Assembly: GCA_029953675.1 (NCBI GenBank)
Contig: JAMWBK010000002.1
Location: 2,976,001 to 3,040,000, forward strand
Direction of reading: 5' to 3'
Source: Rhodosorus marinus CCMP1338
Lineage: Eukaryota; Plantae; Rhodophyta
Length of the DNA stretch: 64,000 bases
Part shown: piece after piece, positions 49,197 to 63,127 of the stretch
Layout: each line of letters opens with the position of its first letter
Numbering within the stretch: position 1 is the stretch's first letter
The notes under the pieces: model-generated
What the model was told of the DNA's origin: nothing
Seen by the model: the letters and a program-made list of their open reading frames with translations, nothing else
The model's database searches: none
Program-made: the position numbers and the translations under genes

Positions 49197-50884
49197 CTAC
49201 TGGCTTCCTGCAGCTCCGGAATCGCTTTCTTTGTTTTGTTTGAGCTTTTCGTTGATGGCTTGGAGGGTCCTGACGATGTTGCAGACAAATCTGGTCCTAT
49301 CCTTCTGCGTAAGCTGCTCGTTGTTCTTCACCGCCGCGATTGATGTCTTCAAGTACGATCGCATCCAATGGGCTTCCGGAAGACCAGGAATCACCGCTTC
49401 GATGTCTTCCATTACGGGTGTGAACACCTCCGGAGCTTGCCTACCGTACTTCATGAGCTCGTTGTAATGAATCTCCTTTCCTTCGTTGTCAGCAAGTACG
49501 CGTTGGATCTGCCTCGCCCGAGCTGGATCAAGTTGCCTAGGCTTTCGGTCGTGTCTATATTAATCCAGCATCCCGTGGATCGAGCAGCAAATACGTTAGC
49601 ACACTTCTAGGATTATATTCCAGCGCTAGCTTTGTAAATGATTCATACCTCTGATCACGCTTATTGTCCATGCGTTCTTGTCTCCTAAGTGTTTCTCCTA
49701 GCTTTTCTTCTCTTCTGTGCTTCAGCTCCCGCTCCTCCTTGTATAACATCTGTGGGCGTAAGTTATCTGGATCTCGACGGAAAGGTTTGGCGTGTTTCAA
49801 CCTGCATGTTGAAGAAGAATCATTTGCAACGGTCAGACCTATTGAATCGGTTCCGGGGACAGCATTCTGTTCGAAAAGAGCAGACCCTTTGGGTTGTTGG
49901 TCCTCCATATCGCCGAACAGCGCTGATAGATCCACATCCGGCTCAATTTGTTCATCAGGCACATCTCCCTCAGCAGCAAACTCCTCTAGATCGCTTTCGA
50001 AAAGCTCTGCAGGATCAACTTCTGACCCCACATACTCTTCCGGGTTCCCCGCCGCTGCCGACTTTCTAGCAGCAGATCTCTGTCGTGGCGTCTCGGTTTT
50101 GCCATGAGAACGTTCAGTAGACTCCCTGCTAGTAGCTCCTCTCCCAGCTATGTCCGCCCTCCCCCGTCTTTCCTCTCCGCCTACAAATCCAGGTTCACCT
50201 TCGCCTTGCTCTCGACCAGGGAATGAGCCACCACGTCCTCTGTCTCGGCGCTCGCCACTCACAGGTCCACGGTTTGTAACCCTTTCGTCGAGTTGAGGTC
50301 TACCTCTATCTCCACCGAGTGGTGGTCTTCCCCGACCCCTAGGTCCCTGACCGTAGTCACCTCCAACCGCCGGCGCTCCACCCCTTCCCCCTGGGGGTGG
50401 CCCACCTCTTGGGAATGAAGACTCACCGCTTCTTCCCATCTGAAGTCCCAGAATCGCATCAGAAGAAACGCCATCCGTCATACCGCCTGGAGGTCCGGCC
50501 TTAGACGATTGTGAATCGGAAGGTCCATCCCATTGAGATGGTCCTCGGCGAGGAGGTCCACTTCTTCCATGGGGTGGGGTTCCAACTCTTCCACCTGGCG
50601 GAGGTCCTCCTCTCCAACCAAGTGAAGGTCCGCCTCTTCCCCCTGGCGGGGGTCCACCTCTTCCACCCGGGGGGGGTCGGCCCCTGCCGCGTGGGCCACC
50701 TCCGTGACTATCTCTTCCCCTTCCGAGAGCTCGTCCAAAGCTCGATCCTCGTCCAGATCCACCAGCTTCGCCCGCATCCGAATCCTCTAGTCGCGGAGGA
50801 CAAGTCCTAAACCCCCTCGTCGATGCAAGCTCACCCCCCCCCCCCCCCAAGCACCGCCAAACCTCGCGGATACTTTGCAAACAT
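49197..50884 (-). CDS. Putative mitochondrial ribosomal protein mS31(/mS46)-like with an RGG/Pro-rich N-terminal half; apparent frameshift in a G15 run
   Basis: Presequence-like RGFRTCPPRL. An intron at ~49555-49650 joins ...DQR|HDRKPR. C-terminal LPEAHWMRSYLKTSIAAVKNNEQLTQKDRTRFV resembles the recalled mS31 C-terminal motif. Confidence 0.55.
50570..50700 (-). repeat. Coding 21-nt tandem repeat encoding (RGGPPPG)n
   Basis: GRPPPGGRGGPPPGGRGGPSLGWRGGPPPGGRVG in ORF 49555-50880. Confidence 0.8.
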
Positions 50885-52015
50885 GATCAGCTCAAAAGTA
50901 AACCATCAAAATCCATCTCCTATTTCCAAAAAACACAGTGCTCTGTTCTAGAGATACTTGATCATGTTCTGCAAAAGCACCCAAGCCCCAGTTTCAACTT
51001 CTCTACCCAACCTACTGCAAAGAGGTCCTCCCCTTCCCGAGATAAAGATGATCAAAAGTCCATCTACGACACTTCCCTAGAAGAGCGGGAAACACGGAAG
51101 AAGACTGAACACGAGAAGCTTGAATCGATCGCACGATTCTGCCGTAGCAGTTCTTTAGGCAGGAATCATGGCTACAGATCGCTAGTGGATATGCTTAAGC
51201 AGACTGTCGACTTTAGAAACCTGATCCGACAGGTGGGAAAGTGATACAACGACTGCGAGTGGATCAGTTCTTAGGCAAGCGGTGTCCAAGATCTGCCCAA
51301 GCGGACTATTAAATACATCTGTCGGCAGAGGTTATATAGCGATACCTATTCTTGGGTATCTGTCACGGTTAAAGAAATTCTCGCAGTCGCAAGGTATGTC
51401 ATAGAAGTCGTTCTATTTTTCTGGTGCTGGGACTCATTTTTTGAGTCTGCTCACTGGGAGCAAGGTCAGCCCTTAGATCTTGGTGCGCTTGGTGACAATC
51501 GACGTTGCACCTGGTATTTTTTTCAGTACGCCGACGAGTGAACTCGTCTGGAAAGCGGACTAAGCTCAAATCAGTATTGTCGTCGTTAACACCCGTTTTT
51601 GCTTCGGCTGATGCAACCAGTAGTACCCATTCCATAAGCAGGTCCTTTGTGTTGTGCTTGGACCTTTAACAGAATGGAGTTCTCTAGGTATACAAAGCGT
51701 GACAGGATAGAAGTACTCCTCAAAAAGTTCCTCAAAAAGTGCTGGCTGCTCTCTTCCTTAAACGATTGCTGAGCTTCACATCTTCTGACCAGCTTCTGTT
51801 TACAATGGCGTCTCCGCCGTCTAAAAAGAGCTGGTGACTACTGGAGTTTTTGACGGCACTGGTCGATGTGGAGGGAAGGAGAAGGTGGTCGTGGTGGTTG
51901 TGGCGGTTGTTTTTGGTTTGACTCCAATGATCACGAAGAAGTTTGACGGTGTTAGAATTGAAGCAACGGCAGTAACGGCAGTGTGCAGAGACTTTTCGTG
52001 CTTTCAGAGTGGAAA

Positions 52016-52603
52016 ATGTCGCATTCGTTTAGGCACTTGTTCAGGACTTACGGTGGCAATTCGGGCAGGTTTACGCTCAGCGGTGGTGGAAAGGATGAAA
52101 CTGAAAAGGCTCATGATGAAGATCACGAGAGAGCCGACCGCCCGAAAGTTCCTGCAGCGATTGAGGAGCTGAAGCCGCGGGAAGAAAAGAGTTCGAAGCG
52201 GAAGAGAAGACGTTCGTCGGACGATGGTGAGGATGCCGGGCAGGACGGAGCTGTTGTGGATGAGCGTGTTGTTTCAAGCACGACGCCAGTCTTCAAGACC
52301 AAGTCTTCTCGCAAATCGATTGTTGAGAAAGTAGATCGTCGCATTGAACCGGATCCAGACTACAAGGCATTATCGAGGTATGTGTGTTGCACGAGGGCGT
52401 ACCCAGTTCCGAGTTCAAATGCTCTGCCCTGTTTCCTCCTAACATGGTTTTTGCATCAGGAAATTCATCCGCGGCAAGTCTTTGGAGGAAGTGGAAGAGC
52501 AATGGCAGGCAGAGAAGAAGGAGATTTGGCTGAATTTCAAGTCGAGGAGAAGAGACTTTCTTCGGGGCCGCAAGCACGGTAGTACCAGAGTTTCCACTAA
52601 ATA
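52016..52603 (+). CDS. Hypothetical charged (probably nuclear) protein, 2 exons; N-terminus uncertain
   Basis: The ORF splices tcgag|gtatg to catcag|gaaattc, giving YKALSR-KFIRGKSLEEVEEQW...FKSRRRDFLR. It contains an NLS-like KRKRRR. Confidence 0.7.
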
Positions 52604-52808
52604 GGTTCCGTTGTAATTATTCAATTCTTATCCTCCTCGAGCACTAGAAGCAATCACCTGTGCGTGCAAACCAACTAAAAGGGCTTCTGAACGAGTCAAG
52701 TCTAACCTTAAACACTAGATCATATCCTGGTTTGCATCATGGATGCTGCTACATATCAGATGCCGAGGTTATGGAATGGGCTTCATCCCACGGAGGTGAT
52801 TCGACTTC

Positions 52809-53768
52809 TTAGGGGTCTTTCCCCGTGCTTGGAGGACCGAAAGCGGAGCGAGGGCTTGGCTTGCCCGCATTGCGGCCATACAATCCCAATCGGTTTCCAT
52901 ATGTTGACGTCGCTGGCTTCTGTTCTCGCTCTTTAACCTTCTCGAGAAAGTCGTCTTGGCCTTCCTTCATCAGGTTTTCGCCGAAGGAGCTTGCTTCTGG
53001 AATTTCCACGTTTTGTCGTGTCTCAATTGCCAGCGTTCCGGTGCTGAAACCTCCCATGCGCTTGACTGTACTGATACGATTAATAATGTCTGGCCCATCG
53101 TAGTAGAACTGCTCTACAACCTCTCCGCCATCATAAGGGGTAACCAGATTCAGAGCATCCTCCTCGTCCAGGTCATAGAAGCCAACTATGGGAACAATTT
53201 CTGCATATCCGCGATCTCGCAAAAGTCGTCCTTTCCTCACGTTGTCCTCGTCGGGCACAAGCGCAAAAGTTGAGCTTCCGTCATAACTTTCGTCTTCTTG
53301 TCCCCACTCCAATTCCGCCTCCCAAGTGACATAGCATCCTCCTTGAGCCATCTCTGGATCCACCTCGTTCTCCTTACAAAGAGAAATAATCCTTTCGTCA
53401 TCCTTCTCAAGACACTCGACATTGATCGACGAAAATCCGGACTCGTCGCGTCGAAACGCGAGGTGGTGGGTGAATCGCCTTGAAGTCCATTTTCCCTCGC
53501 GAATTCTGAAAAACTCCATAGCATCTGCTATCTTGAGGGAATCCTGACGCATCAATTCCTTGCCTCCATTTTGCTCAAGAAACTGCTTGTACTCCTCGGA
53601 GTTCTCCCAGGAGCTATCATCCTCTTCTTCAGCTTCTTTCAGCAGTTTCAGAATATCTTCAACTTTCGGCTCCGCAAAAATCCTCTGTGCACGACGACTA
53701 CAGCGCGCCACTCGTCCCCTCCCAGTCAAGGACCCACCAACCCCATTCCCAACAAACAGCAACCCCAT
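52809..53768 (-). CDS. cpcS: CpcS/CpeS-family phycobiliprotein lyase, nuclear-encoded with transit peptide, intronless
   Basis: EFF...GKWTSRRFTHHLAFRRDESG, FALVPD, LLRDRGYAEIVP and STVKRMGGF match cyanobacterial CpcS-I motifs. N-terminus is MGLLFVG...RR. Confidence 0.92.
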   Translation of the reverse strand: MGLLFVGNGVGGSLTGRGRVARCSRRAQRIFAEPKVEDILKLLKEAEEEDDSSWENSEEYKQFLEQNGGKELMRQDSLKIADAMEFFRIREGKWTSRRFTHHLAFRRDESGFSSINVECLEKDDERIISLCKENEVDPEMAQGGCYVTWEAELEWGQEDESYDGSSTFALVPDEDNVRKGRLLRDRGYAEIVPIVGFYDLDEEDALNLVTPYDGGEVVEQFYYDGPDIINRISTVKRMGGFSTGTLAIETRQNVEIPEASSFGENLMKEGQDDFLEKVKEREQKPATSTYGNRLGLYGRNAGKPSPRSAFGPPSTGKDP

Positions 53769-55214
53769 CGCGCCAAAAGCCAATCCCCACTGAAACCAAA
53801 AATTTCTTTCTTTCTCTTCTTTCAACTCATTCAACATCTACAGAACTGCCAAATCATCACTTCCCAAAGAGAGAAACACTCTCATCCGAAACATGAAACC
53901 CCTTTCCCATCTTCCGCAACAATCTCACTCTCTTACCTCGTAAACCCAAAATGCCGTCCGTGTCATCTCAACGCTCACAATCCCCAATTCGTCAAGAAAA
54001 GAGGCCCTAATCGGAGAAAAAATCCATAGACACGTGTGAAGACATAATTGACTACCAGTCGATTCAGAAAACAATATCATTGGTTAAATTTTGACAGACT
54101 GTCTTACCCTGGAGGGCGGAGATCGGGCGTCGGCAATGTGGACGAGATAAAAATACGACATTGATTTTCCGATATATATTGACCAGATTTTCTCGCGAGC
54201 ACTTTTTTCTTCTATTTTTCCTCAGATTATGCAAAAACAGGTATTTTGAAAATAAATAGATGGCGGATTTCGGTTGTTACGGAGGGTCTATTGTTGAATT
54301 ATTAAGTTTTTTGTGGTGATTTCTTAGTTGGCTTTTGATTGGTAAGTTTGATTGACATGTGAACTTATATTTTATATTAAAATAGACGATGGGGAGGTCG
54401 ACATTTGGTTTCATGAATTCTTGAGCACTGAAAATTGTAAGAGTAGAAAAGTATAGCTCATTAATTGGACCAATAAATTATATAACGATTTTATTATAAC
54501 TAGATGAATATATTGTTATTGAATAGAGGAACTAAGTACTCTAATATATGAGTTTTAACGCAGTAATTGTTTTTTGTATTTTATTTGTGATCTTATTTGG
54601 TGTATCCGAGAAGTATCTGATTCGTGTGGATGCAAATTGGTTTTCGATGGTTACGCTGGTTTTGTTTGCTGAACAAGATGATAATAACAATGCAATTTGG
54701 CGCATTTTGGAATTGAAAATATCTGATTTCTTGTTTGTTGAGGTCGTTTTATTTGGTTTTTGGGAGGATATTTGTTGATATCGAGGAGTATATAAAGAGA
54801 CGATAGATCGAGATCTGAAGCAAGGATTGAGTACCTGTGTTTGAGGACAGTGAGGCAGGTAGATCGTTGGAAGGGGAGCTGTCAGGTTTGAAATTTTTGT
54901 TTTTGTAAGCGTTCGAGATGGTCTACTTGTTGTTGTGATGTCGGTTGCGATCTATTAGGGATCTGATTTCTGCTGGATTTAATCTTTTGTTCTAAGGTGA
55001 TGAAGGTGGTGCATGGTTAAGCTGGAGCAGGGAAGTCTTTGAAGTATCCTCAGCAGGTATGTGGAGGTTATTGTCCACGTTTTGCAGTAGCCTTTGCTCT
55101 TCACGATCAGGGGTTGAACAGTTTCCATTGGTCTTGCTTTAATCTTGAAAGGTTTTTAGGGTTGTTTTTGTCCTTGTTCTCTGTGTGGAGGTTTCTTTAT
55201 ATTGTTGTTTCCAG

Positions 55215-56795
55215 ATGGCGTTCTTGATATCTGGGAGCTCGTGCCAACCAGGGGCAGGTCGCACGAGGATTTGCATGAGCGAAGGAAGCGAGGGTACGGA
55301 TGGTATGAGTAAGAAGGAGAAAAGGGAGCAGCTAGCGCGTGAACGACAGGAGAGGATTAGAGAGAAGAGGAGAAAGCGTTTGGAAGAGCTGGCCGAAAGG
55401 GAGGGAGCAGCTCCCCTGGGAACAGCTTCGGTGCAAAAGAACGAGAGTGAAACTGCGGATGGGATGGCGATGCCTAAAGGAAACTACGGTGAAGACGCGG
55501 CGGGACTTTTTGGCTGGGTTAATCAGAACCCTTCATCTAAGAATGCAGTGTACATGCCTGCTTTCAAAGGAGGTAGGCTATTGCCCGTCTAGTGCCCACG
55601 TCCATCCCGAGCAAATGTGAAACTGACGCGACTAGGCTCCAACAGATGGTGGCAATACTGGCGAGATGGTTAGACAAATCCGTGGGCGGGGGAAAACTGG
55701 TGAGGGCATGGAGGTGACCATCAAAATGCCGAAAACGGAGCTCCAAATCTATATCAGAAAAGTCGGTACCCAAAAGTCAAACCTTGCTCCGATTGTGCTC
55801 GTGCACGGGTTACTTGCCAACAGCTGGTGCTACAAGGAGTTGCTTGATGAACTTGAGAAGACAGGTCGAGAGGCATACGGTATCGAACTAATCTCAAAAG
55901 AATTGCGAATGTGATGATCTGAAACACCGAACTGAGAGTGTTTGTTCCTATTCCCAGCATTCGATTTTCCTGGTTGTGGATACTCAACCTGGCCGCAACC
56001 GGGGTAGGTCAATGCAAACTGCACGCAAGAACGCCTACTGCGCTTCTCTAGCTGACAAGAAATATTCTCGGTTTTTAGGGTTGGTTTCAGCTTTACCCAA
56101 GAGGACATTACAGAGGTCTTTGAGAAAGTCTTGAGCAGTCTTGAACTGGAGGCAAGGGAGCCAATCGTGGTTACTCAAGGCTATGTCCACAACCAGTACA
56201 TCAATCTTTGGGCTACAAAGAACCCTGATCGGATATCAAAACTGGTCCTTCTGAACCAACCGCTTTCTCCGAAGTCGAAACTTCCATTCGTCCTGCAGCA
56301 ATATAAACTACCGCTGGTTGCCCCATTTGTTGCCCAGGACGCTGTGCGGGCAGAGAGGTTCCTGGAGGGTGGTGGTCCTTACCAAATGACCGTTGACGAT
56401 GCCGCGAGGTACGCAGGGATGAGGAAATGGCCAACCGCTCCCGCTGGAGTCAAAGCTTGAACAGAACACTCCGTGTCAACAACATAATTTCTCTGCTTTT
56501 GGAGCACAGGTATCGTGAGCCGTTCCTGGAATCAATGATGCCCGGCTTGGGGTTGATAGATGCGATGAAGAACATCGATTTCAATGGGAACCTGCAGCAA
56601 GTCGTTGACGGAGCCGCCAAGATGAGGGACAAAGTCGCAATTGTCTGGGGTTCATCTGACAAATACTTGGACATTTCCGAAGGTCGTGAATTCAGTAAAC
56701 TCAGTGGAGCAAAGTTCCGCGAGATTGACAACGCCGGTTTCATGGTCCAGTCTGATTGGCCCTCGCGTGTTGCTGACTTTTTGCGAGAGCTTTAA
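55215..56795 (+). CDS. Plastid-targeted alpha/beta-hydrolase-fold protein, probably non-catalytic, multi-exon
   Basis: MAFLIS transit peptide; IVLVHG, FDFPGCGYS, LVLLNQP, AERFLEGGGPY, WGSSDKYL and DWP. Confidence 0.85.
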
Positions 56796-57073
56796 GAGGA
56801 GGCGCCGACCCGTACCAAGAACGCGTAGCTCAAGCGGAAAGGGCAAGAAAAAGCAATTGTAGGTCAAGGGGAATTCTTCATTAAAACTGATTTAATAAGG
56901 CTAATGGACAGAAACCAGAAAAAGGCATACATGCGGGCTATGCTTTTTCTTGACAAGAACATAAAATAAGAATGAGAAGGAACCCCACTGGTCGAATTCA
57001 CCGGTGGGCACCAAGCAGCGCCCGCTCAAATTTATGGTCGCAGCTCTTCCAGCGCGCTATCCTCCGCAAACTC

Positions 57074-58882
57074 CTACCTGTCTACCTCCCCGAACACAAT
57101 ATCCTGCGTACCAAGAATCGTGACAACGTCTGCAATCCTGTGACCCTTCGACATGTGATGTATGCTCGCCAAGTGGGAGAAGCCTGGAGCCTTTATGTGA
57201 CAGCGATAAGGCCTGTTGCTCCCGTCAGAGACTAGGAACACTCCGAACTCGCCTTTAGGTGCCTCGACAGCCGTATACGTCTCGCCCTCGGGAACAGCAT
57301 ACCTGCGAGATTCGCGCGCGTAAGCAACAATGCGAAACTGGCTTTTTAAGATTGGGGCTGTACGTGCGAAGATCGTGACCAAACCTACCCTTCCGAATAC
57401 AGCTTGAAATGGTGAATGAGTGCTTCCATAGACTGCTTCATGTTGGCCCGCGAGGGTGGTGAGATTTTTCTGTCATCCACCTTGATTTCTCCTTCTGGGA
57501 TCTTGTTCAGGCATTGAACAATGATTTTCACGCTTTGCCGCATTTCCTCTAGCCTAACCTGATAGCGGTCATAACTGTCCCCGTTTACACCAACGGGTAT
57601 CTGGAAATCAACCTAAGCGTAACCCACAGTATCACCCTTGCTCAGCAAACGCATCTCAAAATTATGTGGTGGTTTCGCGAGGACCCTTTAGACCTGCTCA
57701 AGCCTACCTTGTCATATGCATCGTAGGGCATATTCCGTCGCAGATCCCAAGCGACACCAGAGCCCCTGAGCATCACTCCACTAAAACCGAAGTTCAAGGC
57801 ATCTTCCGAGGAGACAATCCCGACATCTATAAGCCGCTGCTTCCAGATTCGGTTGCCGGTAAGCATTTCCTCCATCTGGTTGATCCTCGTGAGGAGAACT
57901 TCGCAAGCTGCGTAGATGTCATCACACAGGCCGAGGGGAAGGTCCTGCGAATTGAAATAGTGAACGAGCGTAAATTTCAGACATTCCGCCGCTGAATACA
58001 CGCTCGTTGGAATTTGAAGATTTGGCGAGCATCTCACCGTGGCAACCCCACCCGGTCGGACCCAAGCGGAGTGCAGTCTTGCGCCGGAAACACGCTCGTA
58101 GAATTCCATCAGTTTCTCTCGCTCTTCAAAAGCCCACAGAAAAGGGGTTAAGGCTCCAACGTCCATGGCATGACACGAGACCGCGAGGAGATGGTTAAGA
58201 ATCCTCGTAATCTCCCCAAACATTGTTCGAATGTACTTCGCGCGCTCCGGGATATCAATCTTAAGGAGTTTCTCAACCGCAAGGGAGTAGCATTGCTCCT
58301 GAGCCATCATCGACACATAATCCAGACGATCAAAGTATGGAAGGGCCTGAAGGTACGTCTTGTGCTCGATGAGCTTCTCCGTCCCCCGATGCAACAGACC
58401 TATGTGGGGATCGGCTGCTTCAATGAACTCTCCCTTGCAGTGCAGGACCAATCTGAGCACTCCGTGAGCAGCCTTATCAAGATAGAGTGTGGGTTCAGTT
58501 CAAAGCCTTTTGACAAACCCTCCCAATTTTTGATTGTCTAGCTCACCGGGTGTTGAGGACCAAAGTTGATTTGCATAGTTTTCTTTTGCTGCATGTTCTC
58601 CTTATTCTGGGTTAAGATAGCCTTTTCTCTAGAAGTCACGTCAGCGGGCCACATGACCCCATTAAGCTCCGAGTACGCGATATCCATATCCAGCGGCTTC
58701 CTCTGCTCCAAATTCGTGCTCGGAGCTTTCCCCGCGGAGTTCTGCAGCTTTTCCTCCGCGCTTAAGCTTGCAACCATTGCACGAGCCCCGGTCTGACCCC
58801 ATTTTTCCTTTCCCGCTCTTCGCTTTAAACTAGCTCCGGAGGACCGGAACAATCCTGCCCCAGCTTGACGCAGGCTAAACAT
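57074..58882 (-). CDS. NDUFS2: Complex I 49-kDa subunit (NDUFS2/Nad7), nuclear, with mitochondrial presequence and introns
   Basis: [52 protein letters not shown] and DIVFGEVDR*. Confidence 0.97.
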
Positions 58883-60794
58883 GGCTACCCTACCTCTACC
58901 TTGATGCCGAACACACTTTCCTCCCTATCCAATTCCACCACCCGCAAAGCCTATCGCCTCTTCTTCCGCTCAAAGCTGAAAGATCGAAAACGAAACAATA
59001 CAAAAGCACCCTTAAACGCAGCTCATAATTTCCACTCTGCGGAAACCAGCGTTGATCCCAGTCTCTCCGGCTTCTTCCCAACTACCAAGTTCGACCTTCT
59101 CTAATAGTCGAGCTTCGCCTTCCAGCGAAACGGGTTCTGAAATCAGTGCTCAGGCTCGCCCCAGCAAGGTTCACCTTTTCTAGAAATATTTTCAGCGCCG
59201 TGTGATTCTGGCCAATATGACTCGTCTCACAAGGTCCACCTCGGGAATAATCAATCAATTAATTCTGTAAAGATTGACTTCAATCCTGTTGATTATGCAT
59301 AGTTCTTCTTCTATCGTCTAATAGTTGTGTATAAGGTTTTTCTGAAGGCAAATAATGTGTATATTTTTTAATTCAGTTCTTGTAGCGTATAATTGGCTTT
59401 TGGGATCACTAATATCGAAATTTTTTTGCTAATGATGATCTACTCGCGTCAGTGGAGAGAGAGATGTGAGATGGAAGCCGCATTCAAAACTCGTTCGACA
59501 AATTCATAGAATGGCTTTTATTTGTTCTACAATATGAAGAGTTTTTTTGACCCATTGATCGGGTTTGTTCTCACCCCTAGGGTCAACGTCGGTGACCAGA
59601 ATCGGCTCCCCATCAGTAGCTTTTCAGTTGGTGGCGGTAACGAAAGTGATGCCGGGGTAGGCTCCCGTTCACCCCAACCCCCTATACGCCTTGGAACTAT
59701 TCGGCGGGGACTCCTTATGGAAAACTGTTTACTCGTATTATTTCTTAATTCAAATATTAGCCAACCCCGAAATCATAACAAATCTAAACAACCCTCCCCC
59801 CCGCCCTTTTTCACTTCCAATAAAACCCGGACGTTGTCACAAATCTGTTCCACCCCTGGGGCCTCTCGCCGCACGACCTTTTTCGCCCAGCATCATCACG
59901 CACTTTTGTGTGTTTTTGATAAAAATAAATCACAGATTGAATTCAACCAATATATCAATCAATATAAGACTCTGGTACATTTTTATTAATATAAAAAAGA
60001 AAATATCTTCCAAGTTTAATGATTCTTTTTAGAAGCAAATACACGAAGAAACCAAAAAAATTAGAAACCGGTTCATCGGGTTCATTTTTACCCAAACCGG
60101 AAAAAAAGGACGCTGAGGGGTATATGTAGTGTGTGTGTTTTAAGTGTGCTTTTCAGCGAAGAAAAAAAGTGTCTAAATAGTTTTGAAAAACATGGTCATC
60201 ATGTTTATGTCGGGAGTTGTCCTGGAGATTTGTTCGATTGGGGATGGTTTTAATGGTTTTGGGGGAGGTAAAGATGGAGGAGAAGGGCGGAGGGGGAGAG
60301 AGAGGGGATGTTCTTTCTTTCTTTCCTTCTTCTTTCTTTTTGGGGGGGATTTTAGGTCGGTGTTCTTGTTTTTTTTATATTGTTCTTTCTCGGGTTTGAA
60401 GGAAGGGTATATGAGGATGTGGAACTTTGCTTTGCTGATATGCAATGCGTAGACAAGTGGGAGGTAGAAGACGCGGGGGGGGTGACGAGGTGAGGTAAAG
60501 TTCTTTTGCCTTTGCATACGTGCTTCGTCGACAGGCAGGGTGGGTGGTAGTGGTCGCTGAGTGTCTGTAAGGTTTTGTGGAGCTCTGACGGCCGCGGGAA
60601 TTCGAGATATTGTTTTCGGGTGGGGGGGGGAAGGGGGAGGCGGGGATCTAGTTTTGTTTGGGTTTTTTTGCGATTTTTTTGCAGCGGTGGCGCCGGCTCG
60701 GATGTAGTTTGACTGGGCGGGTCGAGGGTTTAGAATATCTGCTGATTGCCTTAGGAGTTGGGAGTTGGCAATTGTTTCTGTCGTTGGTTAAACG

Positions 60795-62745
<1,951 letters not shown>

Positions 62746-63127
62746 CTTGGTAAAACGCCTTACATTTTATGGCCTAGAAGCAAGTTCTGGGGCCGTCTTA
62801 CTCGGGATTCGCTCTCGCGGCTAAGAAGTCGGGTCTAAGATTTGCAAACTAACCACTTAAAGACGAAGCACAATTCTTAACTGTTGATCCCCCAGTCCAG
62901 CAAGAGGGTAATGTTATAGCATCGTCATAAGACCGTCCCTATCGCTGCACAGCTTCGTACAGCATCGGCAGCGAACATCTCAACAAAATCAAATTGGTAC
63001 GCTAGTCCACGATTACTGAGAGCTCAAACTCCGTCGACATCCAGCCGTCCACGAGAGAGGACAATCCCTTCCCAAAACTAGAATATAGCCAGGACTCATC
63101 TGGCCGCACACGCAACGTCACAATCGG

